DNA of 63,999 nt, counting the filler, from an uncultured bacterium (GTDB taxonomy: Bacteria > Latescibacterota > UBA2968): NCBI GenBank assembly GCA_964471275.1. It is 7 parts of 7 records of this genome, joined end to end, with 100 filler letters (N's around TTAATTAATTAA, not from the genome) between each part and the next. Parts side by side here need not be neighbours in the genome. Positions count along the whole stretch, not along the records: positions 1 to 10,149 come from CAYYGZ010000172.1; positions 10,250 to 20,263 come from CAYYGZ010000174.1; 5 more parts are not named here. One strand, given 5' to 3'. Below the pieces are notes generated by a model. It made no database searches, was not told where the DNA came from, and saw nothing but the letters and a program-made list of their open reading frames with translations. The position numbers were made by a program, and so were the translations under genes. Positions 1 to 10,507 of the stretch are shown here, one piece after another. Each line of letters opens with the position of its first letter. The first letter of the stretch is position 1.

Positions 1-520
1 GACCAGGAGGATCGGGTCGTTACGCCGCTTGGAGGTATCCGGAAAATAAGGTGGCAGTAGAACTCGATCCGGATCCACGCGACGTTCGGCCGGGAGTTGC
101 GCGTGGTTGAACACACTGTAACCGTGGGCCTTCATCTGCTCGCCAAAGGCGGCCATGCGACGAGACGAGAGGTCCGCTGGACCCCGCTCATCTTCCGAAG
201 TAACACGCTGGACCTGACTCTCGTGTGTCGTGATGAAGTACACCACGTGAAAGAACGGCTGTGTGCTGTCGAGCCAATTGCGCCAGTGAGCGGCCGGCCC
301 CGACTCATCCCACGCATATTCGGGCGTCGGGACCTGACAGTCTTCCTTGAAACTGTTCGAACAGTAAAGTATCCCGCCTGTCGCAGAATCTCGGGAAAGG
401 ACCTCACTCCATCGGGAAGCTGGATATGGCGATGCCATTTTCCCGCACGGTCCTGAATTGCGCTTCGCATGTGCATCGTACCGTCACCCATTTGATAGCG
501 ACCAGCACAAGACGTTTCAT
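1..520 (-). pseudogene. Sulfatase pseudogene; continues beyond the window start
   Basis: RBS GAGGAGG + ATG at 520 gives MKRLVLVA then stops early. A second frame gives GTMHMRS...LPDGVRSFPEILRQAGY. After a shift near 365 it reads YCSNSFKED...AHWRN...QPFFHVVHFITTHESQ...DPDRVLLPPYFPDT, all sulfatase-like blocks. The N-terminal CxPxR region is absent. Confidence 0.7.
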
Positions 521-529
521 CGTTCCTCC

Positions 530-1168
530 TCAGGTCCCATTCATACCCGATAGCAGTTGGTCGACAACTCTTTCTGCGGCGTCATCGGCGAGCAGAATCG
601 GGTTCTGATGAGAGATGTGGAAGGTCAGATGAATCAGGATCTGGCCCAGCAACGCCTGCGCGATCATCACGGGTTCTCCCCTCAGATCGCCCTTCTCGAC
701 TCCCGTCATGGCCAGGTTGACCATCGCAGCAAAAAGGGTGTGTTCCTGATCGTGATCCCGGACCGCGGGCATGTCCTTGCTGGGACCAAAGTGCGCGGCG
801 AACATGAACCTGGCTTTTTCGGGCGTTCTACGCGCAGATTCGAAATGACCGTCTACGAGTTTCACGAGTTTCTCGCGCGTGGTGAGATCCTCGCAAGCAA
901 CCACGGCTTCCTGCGCCCCGATCGCGGCATCGTGGAAAGAGTGGAATATTTCCTGATACAGACCTTCCTTGTTCTTGAAGTAGTAGTACACCATCGGCTT
1001 GGTGGTCCCCGCCGCATCGACGATATCCTGGATCGATGAGCCCGAGTATCCGTTGTCCGCGAATATTCGAGCAGCCTCGCTGATAATACGCGCACGCACT
1101 TCCCCTTCGGCAACATCTGTGGGACGCCCCGTGCCCCGACGGCTTTCTCTCGCTTTTTCTTCAGCCAT
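530..1168 (-). CDS. TetR/AcrR family transcriptional regulator
   Basis: N-terminal HTH: RIISEAARIFADNGYSGSSIQDIVDAAGTTKPMVYYYFKNKEGL. Confidence 0.92.
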   Translation of the reverse strand: MAEEKARESRRGTGRPTDVAEGEVRARIISEAARIFADNGYSGSSIQDIVDAAGTTKPMVYYYFKNKEGLYQEIFHSFHDAAIGAQEAVVACEDLTTREKLVKLVDGHFESARRTPEKARFMFAAHFGPSKDMPAVRDHDQEHTLFAAMVNLAMTGVEKGDLRGEPVMIAQALLGQILIHLTFHISHQNPILLADDAAERVVDQLLSGMNGT

Positions 1169-1269
1169 TTCGTCCTACCTGACTCGATCTGTTTCGACGT
1201 ATCAACCGACCGGATTTCCGTCGTGTTCCCCCGACGCTGACTCTTACCGTGTTATCCCCCGGTGATGCG

Positions 1270-3573
1270 CTAAATGAGCGAGTAAGCGAAAATATCGATC
1301 CGATACTGCAGGGCAAACAGCCACCCGCCCGTTATCGCGAGGAAGACGACGGCACAGACTGCGAACACACCGCGCCATGTCCACTTCTTCCACCCCAAGA
1401 GTCCGGCCTTCCAGCCCTGCCCGAAGGCAACGAAGGCCATCAGGAGGCCCAACACCAGCGTCGGCTTGATACCATACCGAAAGAAGGCGATCATCGTGTC
1501 CCGCCGTCCGGAATCGTCGTAAAGCCAGACGACGCGGTCCTCGTGGATGCTGCCATCGATCGTGGCCGTGGCGAGAATGACGTTGTTGCCCTTGGTTAAC
1601 GCCACATCCTCCCAGCGAAAGATACCGTAGTCACCTTTTGCGGTCCCGATCGGCGTCCCGTTCACGTTCAGCATCACCTCCTCCGCATTCGAATACACCT
1701 TGACGGATGTCAGATCCAGCTCCCGAAGCTTGTACCGACGATTAGCAATGTATACCGTCGGATCCTCGGACCAGTTCGCCCGGTAGAAGTAGAACACGTC
1801 TTTCCGGGTCTGCTTGTCGTAGGTCACCATCCCCTTATCGTTCATCCCAAGTGCATCGCCTTCACGACGGAAGAAGGAAGCGAAGTCAAACATATTCCAG
1901 ATGTAGCATCCCCAGATATAGTCGCGCGAAGCGATCTCCTTCCAGGTCTCCTCGTGGACCTGAGCCTGCCCGGCCTCCGGGTGCCAGGGGTGCGCAAACG
2001 GAAATGCGCGGCGAGGCATCTCCTCGTGATGACGGATGCTTCCTCCCGCGCCATACTCGGTAATCCCCATCGGAACATCAGGGAGGGCCTCGTGTGTTTC
2101 GTCCATCCAGTCGCCGATCTGTGGTGAATGACCAATATACCAGCCGAAGTACTGGTTCCAACCCGTGACGTCGGTACCGACCATGTTCCCCATCATCATG
2201 TTCGCCGCAGCGGTCGGGCGATCCGGATCCTCCTGTTTCGCCAGTTCGTGCATCTTTTTTATGAAAGGGAGGGGACTCAGATCCTCAGGATCGTGCAATT
2301 CGTTCTGGATTCCCCAAACGATCACAGAGGGATGGTTGTAGTTCTGCCGAATCATCTCGATCATCGAGTGGCGTATGTTCTCCTTCAGCCCTTCGGAGCT
2401 GTTGAAACCGGGCGCCGTCGACCCCACCCAGGGGATCTCCGTATAGACCATGAGGCCTGAGGAATCACAGAGATCATAGAAGAACTCGGAGTGCGGATAG
2501 TGTGAAAGGCGAACCGAATTCGTTCCCATGTCGAGGATGTGTTCGAGATCCTGACGATGATCCTCATTCCTCAGGGCTGGCCCTCGACCTTTGACATCCT
2601 GGTGACGGGCGACACCGTGGATCTTCAGATGCTGGCCGTTCAGGTAGAATCCGGTGTTCTTGTCGAATCTGTAGGTCCGAAGACCCAGCGGTTGCACGAC
2701 TTCGTCGACCACACGTCCTTCGAGGCTGACGGTTGTCGTTACTGAGTAGAGATACGGTGACGTGCGACCGTTCCACAGACTCGGGTTCGCAATCGACAGT
2801 GTTGCCATCGTGGGAGTGGTCCCTGGCCTGGCCTGCACCTGAGTCTCCGCCGTGGCAACCTCCGTTCCGCCTGCGCCCCTGATCGTAACGTACACGGTCG
2901 CTTCGACCGCATCGGTTCTGCCGTTCGACAGCTTCGTTGTCACATCTACCGTGCCAGACGACGAACTGACATCCCGCTGACGGATGTAGACACCGGGAGA
3001 GGCGTAGTCGAGCGGCGTGATGCAAACGGACTCCGTCGTGATCAGGTGAACGGATCGATGCAGTCCCCCGAAGAGTGGAAAATCACCGGACAGCGGAATC
3101 ACATCCTCCATCGCCTCGTTCGTAACTTCGACGACGATCCCGTTCGCTTCACCAGCCTTGACGTGATCCGTGATCTCATAGGCAAAGGCTGCATAACCCC
3201 CGCGATGCTGTCCGATGTGCGAATCGTTCAGGGTCACATCAGCGACCGTTTGGGCCCCCTCGAAATGGAGAAAGAAGCGCTTCCCGCGATCCGATGCAGG
3301 GATCTCCAGCGACCTGGTGTAAGTGCCCTTCCCTCTGTAGTATGCGTAACCTGAGGGCGCATCCGTCGCATTCCAGGTGTGCGGAAGATCGACGATCTCG
3401 TCGACCACCGATCCATCGATACCACCCCCGACAAAATGCCACCCCTCGTCGATGAGCTGGTCTGTTCTTGCTGACGCGCCTGTCGCAAGTAGCCCTGTCA
3501 GCGCCGTGACCAGGAACCCGCGGTAGCATCGGGAGCGCTTCGCACATCTCTGGATTACGTGTTTTTCAACCAT
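1270..3573 (-). CDS. GH2 beta-glycosidase (beta-galactosidase/glucuronidase-like) with signal peptide and C-terminal membrane anchor
   Basis: LPHTWN, HRGGY, GVARHQD, RLSHYPH, acid/base motif WGIQNE, nucleophile region ITEYGAG, WNMFDF; two hydrophobic C-terminal segments. Confidence 0.9.
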   Translation of the reverse strand: MVEKHVIQRCAKRSRCYRGFLVTALTGLLATGASARTDQLIDEGWHFVGGGIDGSVVDEIVDLPHTWNATDAPSGYAYYRGKGTYTRSLEIPASDRGKRFFLHFEGAQTVADVTLNDSHIGQHRGGYAAFAYEITDHVKAGEANGIVVEVTNEAMEDVIPLSGDFPLFGGLHRSVHLITTESVCITPLDYASPGVYIRQRDVSSSSGTVDVTTKLSNGRTDAVEATVYVTIRGAGGTEVATAETQVQARPGTTPTMATLSIANPSLWNGRTSPYLYSVTTTVSLEGRVVDEVVQPLGLRTYRFDKNTGFYLNGQHLKIHGVARHQDVKGRGPALRNEDHRQDLEHILDMGTNSVRLSHYPHSEFFYDLCDSSGLMVYTEIPWVGSTAPGFNSSEGLKENIRHSMIEMIRQNYNHPSVIVWGIQNELHDPEDLSPLPFIKKMHELAKQEDPDRPTAAANMMMGNMVGTDVTGWNQYFGWYIGHSPQIGDWMDETHEALPDVPMGITEYGAGGSIRHHEEMPRRAFPFAHPWHPEAGQAQVHEETWKEIASRDYIWGCYIWNMFDFASFFRREGDALGMNDKGMVTYDKQTRKDVFYFYRANWSEDPTVYIANRRYKLRELDLTSVKVYSNAEEVMLNVNGTPIGTAKGDYGIFRWEDVALTKGNNVILATATIDGSIHEDRVVWLYDDSGRRDTMIAFFRYGIKPTLVLGLLMAFVAFGQGWKAGLLGWKKWTWRGVFAVCAVVFLAITGGWLFALQYRIDIFAYSLI

Positions 3574-3680
3574 CTACCACCTCACCTGGTTCGTGATCTC
3601 AATGTCTGTCGCGGTTCCTGGAACGATGGTAGCCACGCCACACATTCCTTGTGGAAAGACTGGACATCAAGGAACTCTCA

Positions 3681-3728
3681 ATTTTTATTTACTTACCGGT
3701 AAATTAAAATAACTAATCCTCCTGTCAA
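3681..3728 (-). promoter_or_regulatory. Sigma70-like promoter overlapped by an inverted-repeat operator, upstream of the GH2-TetR genes
   Basis: Minus-strand TTGACA (3723-3728), 16-nt spacer, TAATTT. Inverted repeat ATTTTTATTTAC-N6-GTAAATTAAAAT (3681-3710, 11/12 match) in an AT-rich patch. Confidence 0.65.
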
Positions 3729-3755
3729 GCAGAATGTCTGCCATCGAATCACCCT

Positions 3756-4793
3756 CTACTCCCCTGCAGCCTGACTCCGCAGCGTCCCCATCCGCTCTGC
3801 CGCGGCTTTGTCGACACGATACTTCAACGGTTGACCGCGAACGTATCTGTCGAGTTCCCCCACCATGTAGCCCCCCATCCGCTGACACTCCATCATCTGG
3901 CTTCCGGCGATATGCGGCGTCAGGACAACGTTGGGGAGATCGAAGAGCGTTGAGGACTTGTCGATTGGCTCTGTTTCCGTCACATCGAGAACAGCCGTCA
4001 GATCCTGCCGTCGCTCGAGCTCCTCGATCATCTCGGCTTCGTCGATGATTCCTCCACGTGCCGTGTTGATCAGCGTCGCGTGCTGCTTCATCGACCCGAT
4101 CAGGCTTCCCGTAACCAGACCGCGCGTCGTATCCAGAAGCGGCGTGTGCAGCGAGACGACATCAGCTTCTCGGAAAAGTTCATTCAACCCGCACATCGTC
4201 ACGCCAAGCGATGCTGCATCTGCCTCGCCCACATACGGATCGTGGGCGATCACTCTCACCTCAAAGGCTTTCAGCAGCTCGCAGACACGTCGGCCGATCC
4301 CACCCAGCGACACGACTCCGACCACGCTTCCATAGGTACCCGAGTGCGGAACCTTATACCGCCACATCGCCGTTTCGGCCCCATCTCTTCTTTCCGCAAA
4401 TTGACGCTGGAAAAACCATCCACGTTTCAGACTGAAAATGACCTCGGCAACCGTGAAGTCGGCGACGGGTATGGCATTCGCATCATTCGCACACGTCACA
4501 AGGATGTCACGATCCCAGAGCGCATCACTCACGATCGGCTCAACCGTACCGGCGGCGTAGAAGATCGCCTTCAGATTCGGGGCAGCATCCAGAATCTTCG
4601 CGTCCAAACGGGGACACCCCCACCCGGTGAGCAGTACGTCCGCTGGCTCCAGAACCTCAGGGCGGTCCAGTAGTCCCTGGCCCGATTCGAAGGGCCAATA
4701 GAGATCGATCAGCGTTTTGACCGACCGCTGCGCGGCCTCGTCATAGACCATCGGGAGTAGCGGCGGCCCCCACAGCACGTATGTTCCCTTCAC
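3756..4793 (-). CDS. D-isomer-specific 2-hydroxyacid dehydrogenase
   Basis: VVSLGGIG, VSLHTP, LINTARG, LDVT, LTPHIAG. Confidence 0.9.
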   Translation of the reverse strand: MKGTYVLWGPPLLPMVYDEAAQRSVKTLIDLYWPFESGQGLLDRPEVLEPADVLLTGWGCPRLDAKILDAAPNLKAIFYAAGTVEPIVSDALWDRDILVTCANDANAIPVADFTVAEVIFSLKRGWFFQRQFAERRDGAETAMWRYKVPHSGTYGSVVGVVSLGGIGRRVCELLKAFEVRVIAHDPYVGEADAASLGVTMCGLNELFREADVVSLHTPLLDTTRGLVTGSLIGSMKQHATLINTARGGIIDEAEMIEELERRQDLTAVLDVTETEPIDKSSTLFDLPNVVLTPHIAGSQMMECQRMGGYMVGELDRYVRGQPLKYRVDKAAAERMGTLRSQAAGE

Positions 4794-5599
4794 ACGACCC
4801 TCACCAGTTGATTCAGAACAACCGCGTCAAGTTTTACTTGATCCACTGAGGCCCCTTTGACAAACTCGAGCACAACGCACCGGTCACCTTCTGCTGCCGC
4901 GATAGAGGTCAGAAACGTCTCCCATTCCGTTTGCACATCGGCAAGTGGTTGCGGACGCAGCCGCATCGGATGCGCGTGCACGTTCGACAGCCAGGGCAGG
5001 ATTTGAGTGAGACCTTCAATGCGCTGATCTTGTGATATTCTCATAGGCGGTTGCCAATAGCAGGTCACGTTGTCGCGATCGATCTCTCGCATCAGACGTT
5101 CGGCCGAATCTGCCGAGTCTGTCAGTGTTCCCGAATGATACTCGAAGCCGATCCGAACATCCTCTTTCGCGGCAAGATGCGCGATGTGCCGGGCGTCGTC
5201 CACAACGCGTGCTCTTAGATCCTCGGTGGACTTGTCTGACCCGCACGCCCCGGCCCACACACGAATCATAGGTGCACCCATCCCCAGAGCAGCGTCCAGC
5301 ACCGCATCGAAAGTCGGGTTTGTTAGCAGATGACGCCCAAACTGCGGGACGAGCCTGTGCCACGCACGCGACTCCCGGACCGGTGTGCCGACCTTGTAAT
5401 AGGAGCCGTATGACACCACCCTCAGTCCGGCGTCGCGGGTCAGGCCACCCACTCGGTGTGCCCAGGACACATCGCCCGGCGCCACGTGAACATCTCCTCC
5501 CCATTCGATTCCCTGCAGTTCGGCGTCAACGGCGGCCTTGATAACAGCTTCGCAGGGAAGTGAACGCAGTGTCACAGAAGCGAGTCCGGTTGAGAGCAT
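4790..5599 (-). CDS. Sugar phosphate isomerase/epimerase (xylose-isomerase-like TIM barrel)
   Basis: GIEWGGDVH, SYGSYY, IRVWAG, FEYHSGTLTD, YWQP, LEFV. Confidence 0.85.
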   Translation of the reverse strand: MLSTGLASVTLRSLPCEAVIKAAVDAELQGIEWGGDVHVAPGDVSWAHRVGGLTRDAGLRVVSYGSYYKVGTPVRESRAWHRLVPQFGRHLLTNPTFDAVLDAALGMGAPMIRVWAGACGSDKSTEDLRARVVDDARHIAHLAAKEDVRIGFEYHSGTLTDSADSAERLMREIDRDNVTCYWQPPMRISQDQRIEGLTQILPWLSNVHAHPMRLRPQPLADVQTEWETFLTSIAAAEGDRCVVLEFVKGASVDQVKLDAVVLNQLVRVV

Positions 5600-5605
5600 C
5601 GCGAA

Positions 5606-7349
5606 TCAGTCCGTGATTGGATGCCCGATCCGTGCCGAGCGAATGAAGGTTAGCCCGACGGCAACCATGAAGACGCCGGTGAAACCGATGCCGAGCCTGC
5701 CCTCCCAGGGGTTCGTCAGGAAGAGGAGAAGGAGCACCATCGCACCGATCCCCACCGAGAAGGATCCGAGAATTTTCAGCTGAAACAGGTCATTGGCTTC
5801 CCCGACCTCTCTCTCAAAATCCACGGGTCTGTACATCCGATCGAAGAAGTCGACGACTTGCTGTTTGTATGTGTCCGGTGAGCGTCCCCAGAAGGGCATG
5901 GTAGACACGTAGCTGACGACGCCTATGGTCGTATTGATGAAGATCTGCTTTTGAAAAGACCACTCCTCGCCCAAGACTTGCTCACTCACGAGACCTAGCA
6001 TTGCCGGCAGCGACGTCAGGGCCACCGAGAACACGGCCGCCCAACTCGGCGTTCGCTTGATAAAGAGAGACAGCAGATACGGAATCGCCAGGGGAACACC
6101 AAAGACGGCTCCAAACAGCAGGTTGTATTCAAATATGCCCGGTCCGTCTAAGCGTGACATATACAGAGCCAGCGAGAGGATGATCAGTCCCAGAAGCCCG
6201 GAAAACGCCTTTCCAAAGGCAAGCAGACGACTGCCAGACCGCGGTTCCCAGCCGAACCTGCGGCAAAGCGCAGGATAGAGGTCGTGCACAAACCCGGCGG
6301 CAGACCGGTTCAGCCCTGTATCCATTGGTACTCATCGTCGCCGCGAACATGGCGACCACCATCACACCGATCAGACCTCTGGGAAGCAGATTTACTGCCG
6401 CAACTGCGTAGGACGACTCTGCGGGATTCGCGATCGGCATGGCGGCAACCTGGGCAGACCACAACAGTCGCGAAGTCATCGGCGGGATGAACCAGATCAA
6501 TGCGCCCGCAGTCATAAGCGCAAATGCCAACCAGGCAGCCTTCTTTGCTTCGGCCCCATCCTTCACCAGGAAGTATCGGGAGGCCGCAAAAAGCGAGTTC
6601 AAAAAAATGATCTGCTGAGCGACCATCGCGACGATCCACCACTTTGTGTACAGGTTCGGTGGAAATTGACCGGGTGGGTTCACAAACTGATAGTCGGCGG
6701 TCAGCCCCTGTTGGTCGATCGCCTAAAATAGGGCGCCCACGCCGCCTAGCTTGGTCAAACAGAGCACCGCGACCAAGAGGGTGATCGGCACCAGGATCAG
6801 TGTCTGGAGAAAGTCCGTGGCCGTGACGGCCCACGAGCCACCCATCAATGAATACACGATGACAACGACACCAACACCGACGATCACTGACTGAAGCGGA
6901 AGATCAAATGCGGAAGCCGTAAAGATGCCGAGACTGAAAAGAGTGAGTGCAGAATAGAAGGGAGCGACAAGAAACCCGAACCAACCGATGAACTGCTGTG
7001 TCCCCGGGCCGAACCGCAGGCGCAGCACCTCGAGGGATGTCATCGCTCGAAGCTGGCGGAACCAGGGCGCGATGAACAATGCGTTCACCGCATATCCGGC
7101 AGAGTTCCCGAAGAAGATCGCCATGACACTCCATCCGGCATCGTACGCCGCGCTGGCCGCGCCCGAGAACGTCCACGCGCTGAACTGAGTCATGAATGCG
7201 CTGGACCCTACCAGCCACCACGTCCCTCTGCAGCCGTTCCGGAAGTAATCGCTTACATCCTTGTTGAACTGTCGGAATACGGCCCCCACCGCGATCAGGA
7301 TCACCAGGTAAACGGCAATGACCGTGTATTCGATTGTCGCGCTAGGCAT
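5606..7349 (-). pseudogene. Sodium:solute symporter (SSS), interrupted
   Basis: DYFRNG, SAWTFSG, GGSWAVTATDFLQ, AATMST/MDTGLN. In-frame TAG at 6723-6725 (ALF*AIDQQ) and a 1-nt frameshift near 6326 split it into three ORFs. Confidence 0.85.
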
Positions 7350-8787
7350 CCTCTTCCGCCGCTGAAATCACGTCCTGCAGAACCGCCGCCGTGGGACCCG
7401 CCTGCTTGATCAGCTCCGTCCCATCCGTAAATCCCTCTGGTCTTCCACCCAGCTGCGAGACAAGCCGTTCCCGCCACTGGGCAGCCTCTTTGGCCCGACC
7501 GAGATCGTCCACCAGGTTGTGCATTTCATCCGGGTCCGCCTGCAGGTCAAAGAACAGCTCCTCGCCGTTCCCCGGGAACCACACAAACTTCCGCTTTCCA
7601 TCCGTCACATACTGCATACCGCTATTTGCAGAGGGCACGTTGCAGCACTCCCCGTGCACAAACGCCCGCCATTCCCTCGAAGAATCGTGCATCAACGGCA
7701 ACAAGCTTCTGCCATCCACACTGTCCGGGATGTCTACACCGGCGATATCCAAACAGGTTGGCATCAGATCCATCAATTCGACAGGCTTGTCGATGACCTG
7801 CTCCTGCGGGACGTCGCTGCCGTTCGGAAATTTGAACAGGTAGGGAACACGCGCCGAAGCCTCGAAAGCATTTCGTTTCCGGAACCATTGATGGTCACCG
7901 AGCATCTCGCCGTGATCCGACGCGAAGATCACGACCGTATTCCTGGGCAGCATCCCGTGCCAGATCATGCGTGCGATCTGGTGATCAATATGCTCGATGC
8001 AGCCGTAATAGGCGGCTCGGATCTGCTTCATCACAACCGGTTCAACCGAGATCCGCCACGGCTCCGGCTCCAGACCCCTTACGGGCTCATCGAACACCCG
8101 TGACCAGTCGCCCACCACGGGCTCGGGCAGGTCCATCGCCATATACTTGTCGTAATAGAACTGCGGCGGGGTCAACGGCTGATGCGGGTGAATGAAGTTC
8201 GCCCACATAAAGAACGGCCGTTCTTCCTCCCGATTATCGACAAAGTCAATCGCCTGATCGGCCACCCAGTTCGAGAAGTGAAGCCGCTCCTCGAGATGCC
8301 AGGGCCGCGAGGGGTAACCGTTTCCGTATGCTCCGTGCGCGTCCGATGCTCGAGGGGTGGTGACCCCATTCTCACGCAGGAACTGTTGATACTCGTTGTC
8401 CTGGCCGGGCCCCGGCGCTCGCGGCCCACCTGCCTTCGTCATGCTGTCGAACCCGACGTCCAGCGGCGACGGGCCCCAATGGGATTTGCCGATCAGGTGA
8501 GTCTGGTACCCGGATCCCTGAAGCTCACCGGCCAGCGTCGGCCACGGCAGCGGCGCGTTGTGATTGACAAGCACCCCATGATTGCTGGGCTTCCTTCCCG
8601 TCAACACGGTCCGTCTTGCGGGTGTGCACACCGGACACGCCGAGTAGGCACTCGAGAACCGGACCCCCGACGCCGCTACGTGATCGAGGTTGGGTGTCTG
8701 TAGAACCGGGTGACCGTCGATCCCCAGACAATCTCCTCTCTGCTGATCGGTCATGATCAGGAGGATGTTGGGTCGTTCATCAGCCAT
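7342..8787 (-). CDS. Formylglycine-dependent (S1) sulfatase
   Basis: PNILLIMTDQQR, catalytic CTPAR, GKSH, HPH, SDHGEMLGDH. Confidence 0.93.
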   Translation of the reverse strand: MADERPNILLIMTDQQRGDCLGIDGHPVLQTPNLDHVAASGVRFSSAYSACPVCTPARRTVLTGRKPSNHGVLVNHNAPLPWPTLAGELQGSGYQTHLIGKSHWGPSPLDVGFDSMTKAGGPRAPGPGQDNEYQQFLRENGVTTPRASDAHGAYGNGYPSRPWHLEERLHFSNWVADQAIDFVDNREEERPFFMWANFIHPHQPLTPPQFYYDKYMAMDLPEPVVGDWSRVFDEPVRGLEPEPWRISVEPVVMKQIRAAYYGCIEHIDHQIARMIWHGMLPRNTVVIFASDHGEMLGDHQWFRKRNAFEASARVPYLFKFPNGSDVPQEQVIDKPVELMDLMPTCLDIAGVDIPDSVDGRSLLPLMHDSSREWRAFVHGECCNVPSANSGMQYVTDGKRKFVWFPGNGEELFFDLQADPDEMHNLVDDLGRAKEAAQWRERLVSQLGGRPEGFTDGTELIKQAGPTAAVLQDVISAAEEDA

Positions 8788-8902
8788 GGGTACACCTGTC
8801 TAGTAACGGTATCGCTGCCACCGTGGGTGAAGTGATGGGATACGAAACGCTTGTCTCTTGCTTATGCGTCTTGTCTGGATATCCGGACCGTCGAGCGCGC
8901 TG

Positions 8903-10147
8903 CTATGCCACATCATCTACGTCTGACATCATCACAATCTCACCCCCGGCATCAATCGACCGCAACCCGGCCTCGATCATACGTGCCGCTTCCAACCCGT
9001 TTCGTGAAGAAACCAGTGGTTTGGCCCCGTCGTAGAACGTTCGCAACTCGCGGACCAGTTCAAGGTCGGCACCAAAGTGTGAAGATCCAAAATCATCCTT
9101 CCTGCAATCGACAACGTCGTGCGTTGCGCCGTAGTCCGTCACCACGTCGAGTACCCCGGTGTGACGCGTCAGGATGATCCGGCCTTTCGTCCCAACCAGC
9201 TCGAGTGTCTCCTGATCGTCGGCCTTCGGGCCAAAGAAGCTGACCCATAGTGATGCGATGACTCCATTCTCGTAGCGAACCTGGAAGGAGGCGTGATCCA
9301 GGATGTCGGCACCGGGCAGGTAGACACAGTTATCGACGCGATCGTACTCGTTCTTGGCGTTCATCCAGGAATCACCCGTCAAAGACAGCTCTTCCTGACT
9401 CTTCGTTGTGCCTCGCGTTGGATTGACCCGCCACGGACACTCGAGATCGCACTCCAGACAGCGGGCAGGCGCATCCTTCTTCGGAAGAAAGACACGCTGC
9501 CCTCCGAATCCCGACATCCGCTCGGGCCGACTGTCTGCAAACCAGTTGAACACATCCATGTGATGTGATGACTTGTCGTTGATCGCGTCGCCCGACCATT
9601 CTCTCCTTCGATGCCACCTGTGGAAGAAGGTATGAAACGGGATGATATCACGAATTTGAATCATGTGCAGATCACCGATCACACCCTCTTGCACGAGTTC
9701 GTGGGCTCTCCTCCAGGGAGTTTCGTAACGCCGGGTAAAGCCGAGGATCATCTCGTTGCCCGTCCGCTTCTCCGTCTCGAAGATCGCAACGGCATCTTTC
9801 AGCGTATGCGCGATCGGCTTGTCGCAGTAGACCTTCTTCCCGGACTCCAGTGCGGCGATCGCCGGATCCCGATGCGAACACTGCGGGGTCGTAACCATGA
9901 CCAGATCGACATCAGGACTCTGAATGACCTGCGCCGCGTCGGTTGTTACAGCAATATCCACTTCCACGCCACGCTCCAAAAAGAGTCGCGCAAGATGCTC
10001 CTGTGTCTCAGCCAGCCGGTCTGACCGCGTATCACACAGGGACCGGACGCGCAAGCCGGTCTCTTTGCTCACCTCCACAATCCGCTCCGCCAGCGTATTC
10101 ACCCCGCGATAGCCAGCCCCAATAATCCCAACGTTGACCGTATCCAT
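8903..10147 (-). CDS. Gfo/Idh/MocA family oxidoreductase
   Basis: VGIIGAG, CDKP, GFTRRY, DKSSHHMD. Confidence 0.88.
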   Translation of the reverse strand: MDTVNVGIIGAGYRGVNTLAERIVEVSKETGLRVRSLCDTRSDRLAETQEHLARLFLERGVEVDIAVTTDAAQVIQSPDVDLVMVTTPQCSHRDPAIAALESGKKVYCDKPIAHTLKDAVAIFETEKRTGNEMILGFTRRYETPWRRAHELVQEGVIGDLHMIQIRDIIPFHTFFHRWHRRREWSGDAINDKSSHHMDVFNWFADSRPERMSGFGGQRVFLPKKDAPARCLECDLECPWRVNPTRGTTKSQEELSLTGDSWMNAKNEYDRVDNCVYLPGADILDHASFQVRYENGVIASLWVSFFGPKADDQETLELVGTKGRIILTRHTGVLDVVTDYGATHDVVDCRKDDFGSSHFGADLELVRELRTFYDGAKPLVSSRNGLEAARMIEAGLRSIDAGGEIVMMSDVDDVA

Positions 10148-10149
10148 AT

Positions 10150-10249
10150 NNNNNNNNNNNNNNNNNNNNNNNNNNNNNNNNNNNNNNNNNNNNTTAATTA
10201 ATTAANNNNNNNNNNNNNNNNNNNNNNNNNNNNNNNNNNNNNNNNNNNN
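10150..10249. other. Artificial contig spacer
   Basis: 44 N + TTAATTAATTAA (stops in all six frames) + 44 N. Confidence 0.99.
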
Positions 10250-10500
10250 GGATATATAGCGACAGTCGATTCAACCCTTTCTTCATCGAATCCTGCGGCG
10301 CTCCCGGTCTCGAGCACTTCCTTGCCGTTGATTGTGACCGGGAGCGCCGCAGGGATCCCGGGCGTCGCTGCGATCTGGGCTGTCGGTGGGTTGTGGGAGA
10401 GACCCTATACCAGCTCGAGACGTCGTTCAATAACATGAAGCGGATGGGATTCAAGCTCGCCTACGAGCGCGAGGTCTACGGATACGGGTTGGATTCCTAG
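10250..10500 (+). CDS. 3' fragment of a probable GNAT-like protein
   Basis: Reads ...GCRWVVGETLYQLETSFNNMKRMGFKLAYEREVY...*, resembling a GNAT C-terminus; truncated by the contig edge. Confidence 0.35.
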
Positions 10501-10507
10501 CACGCCA

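Noticed and set aside
10194..10205. TTAATTAATTAA recurring about every 10 kb as a biological repeat
   Set aside because: Always embedded in 44-N runs; it is a six-frame stop linker added during concatenation.
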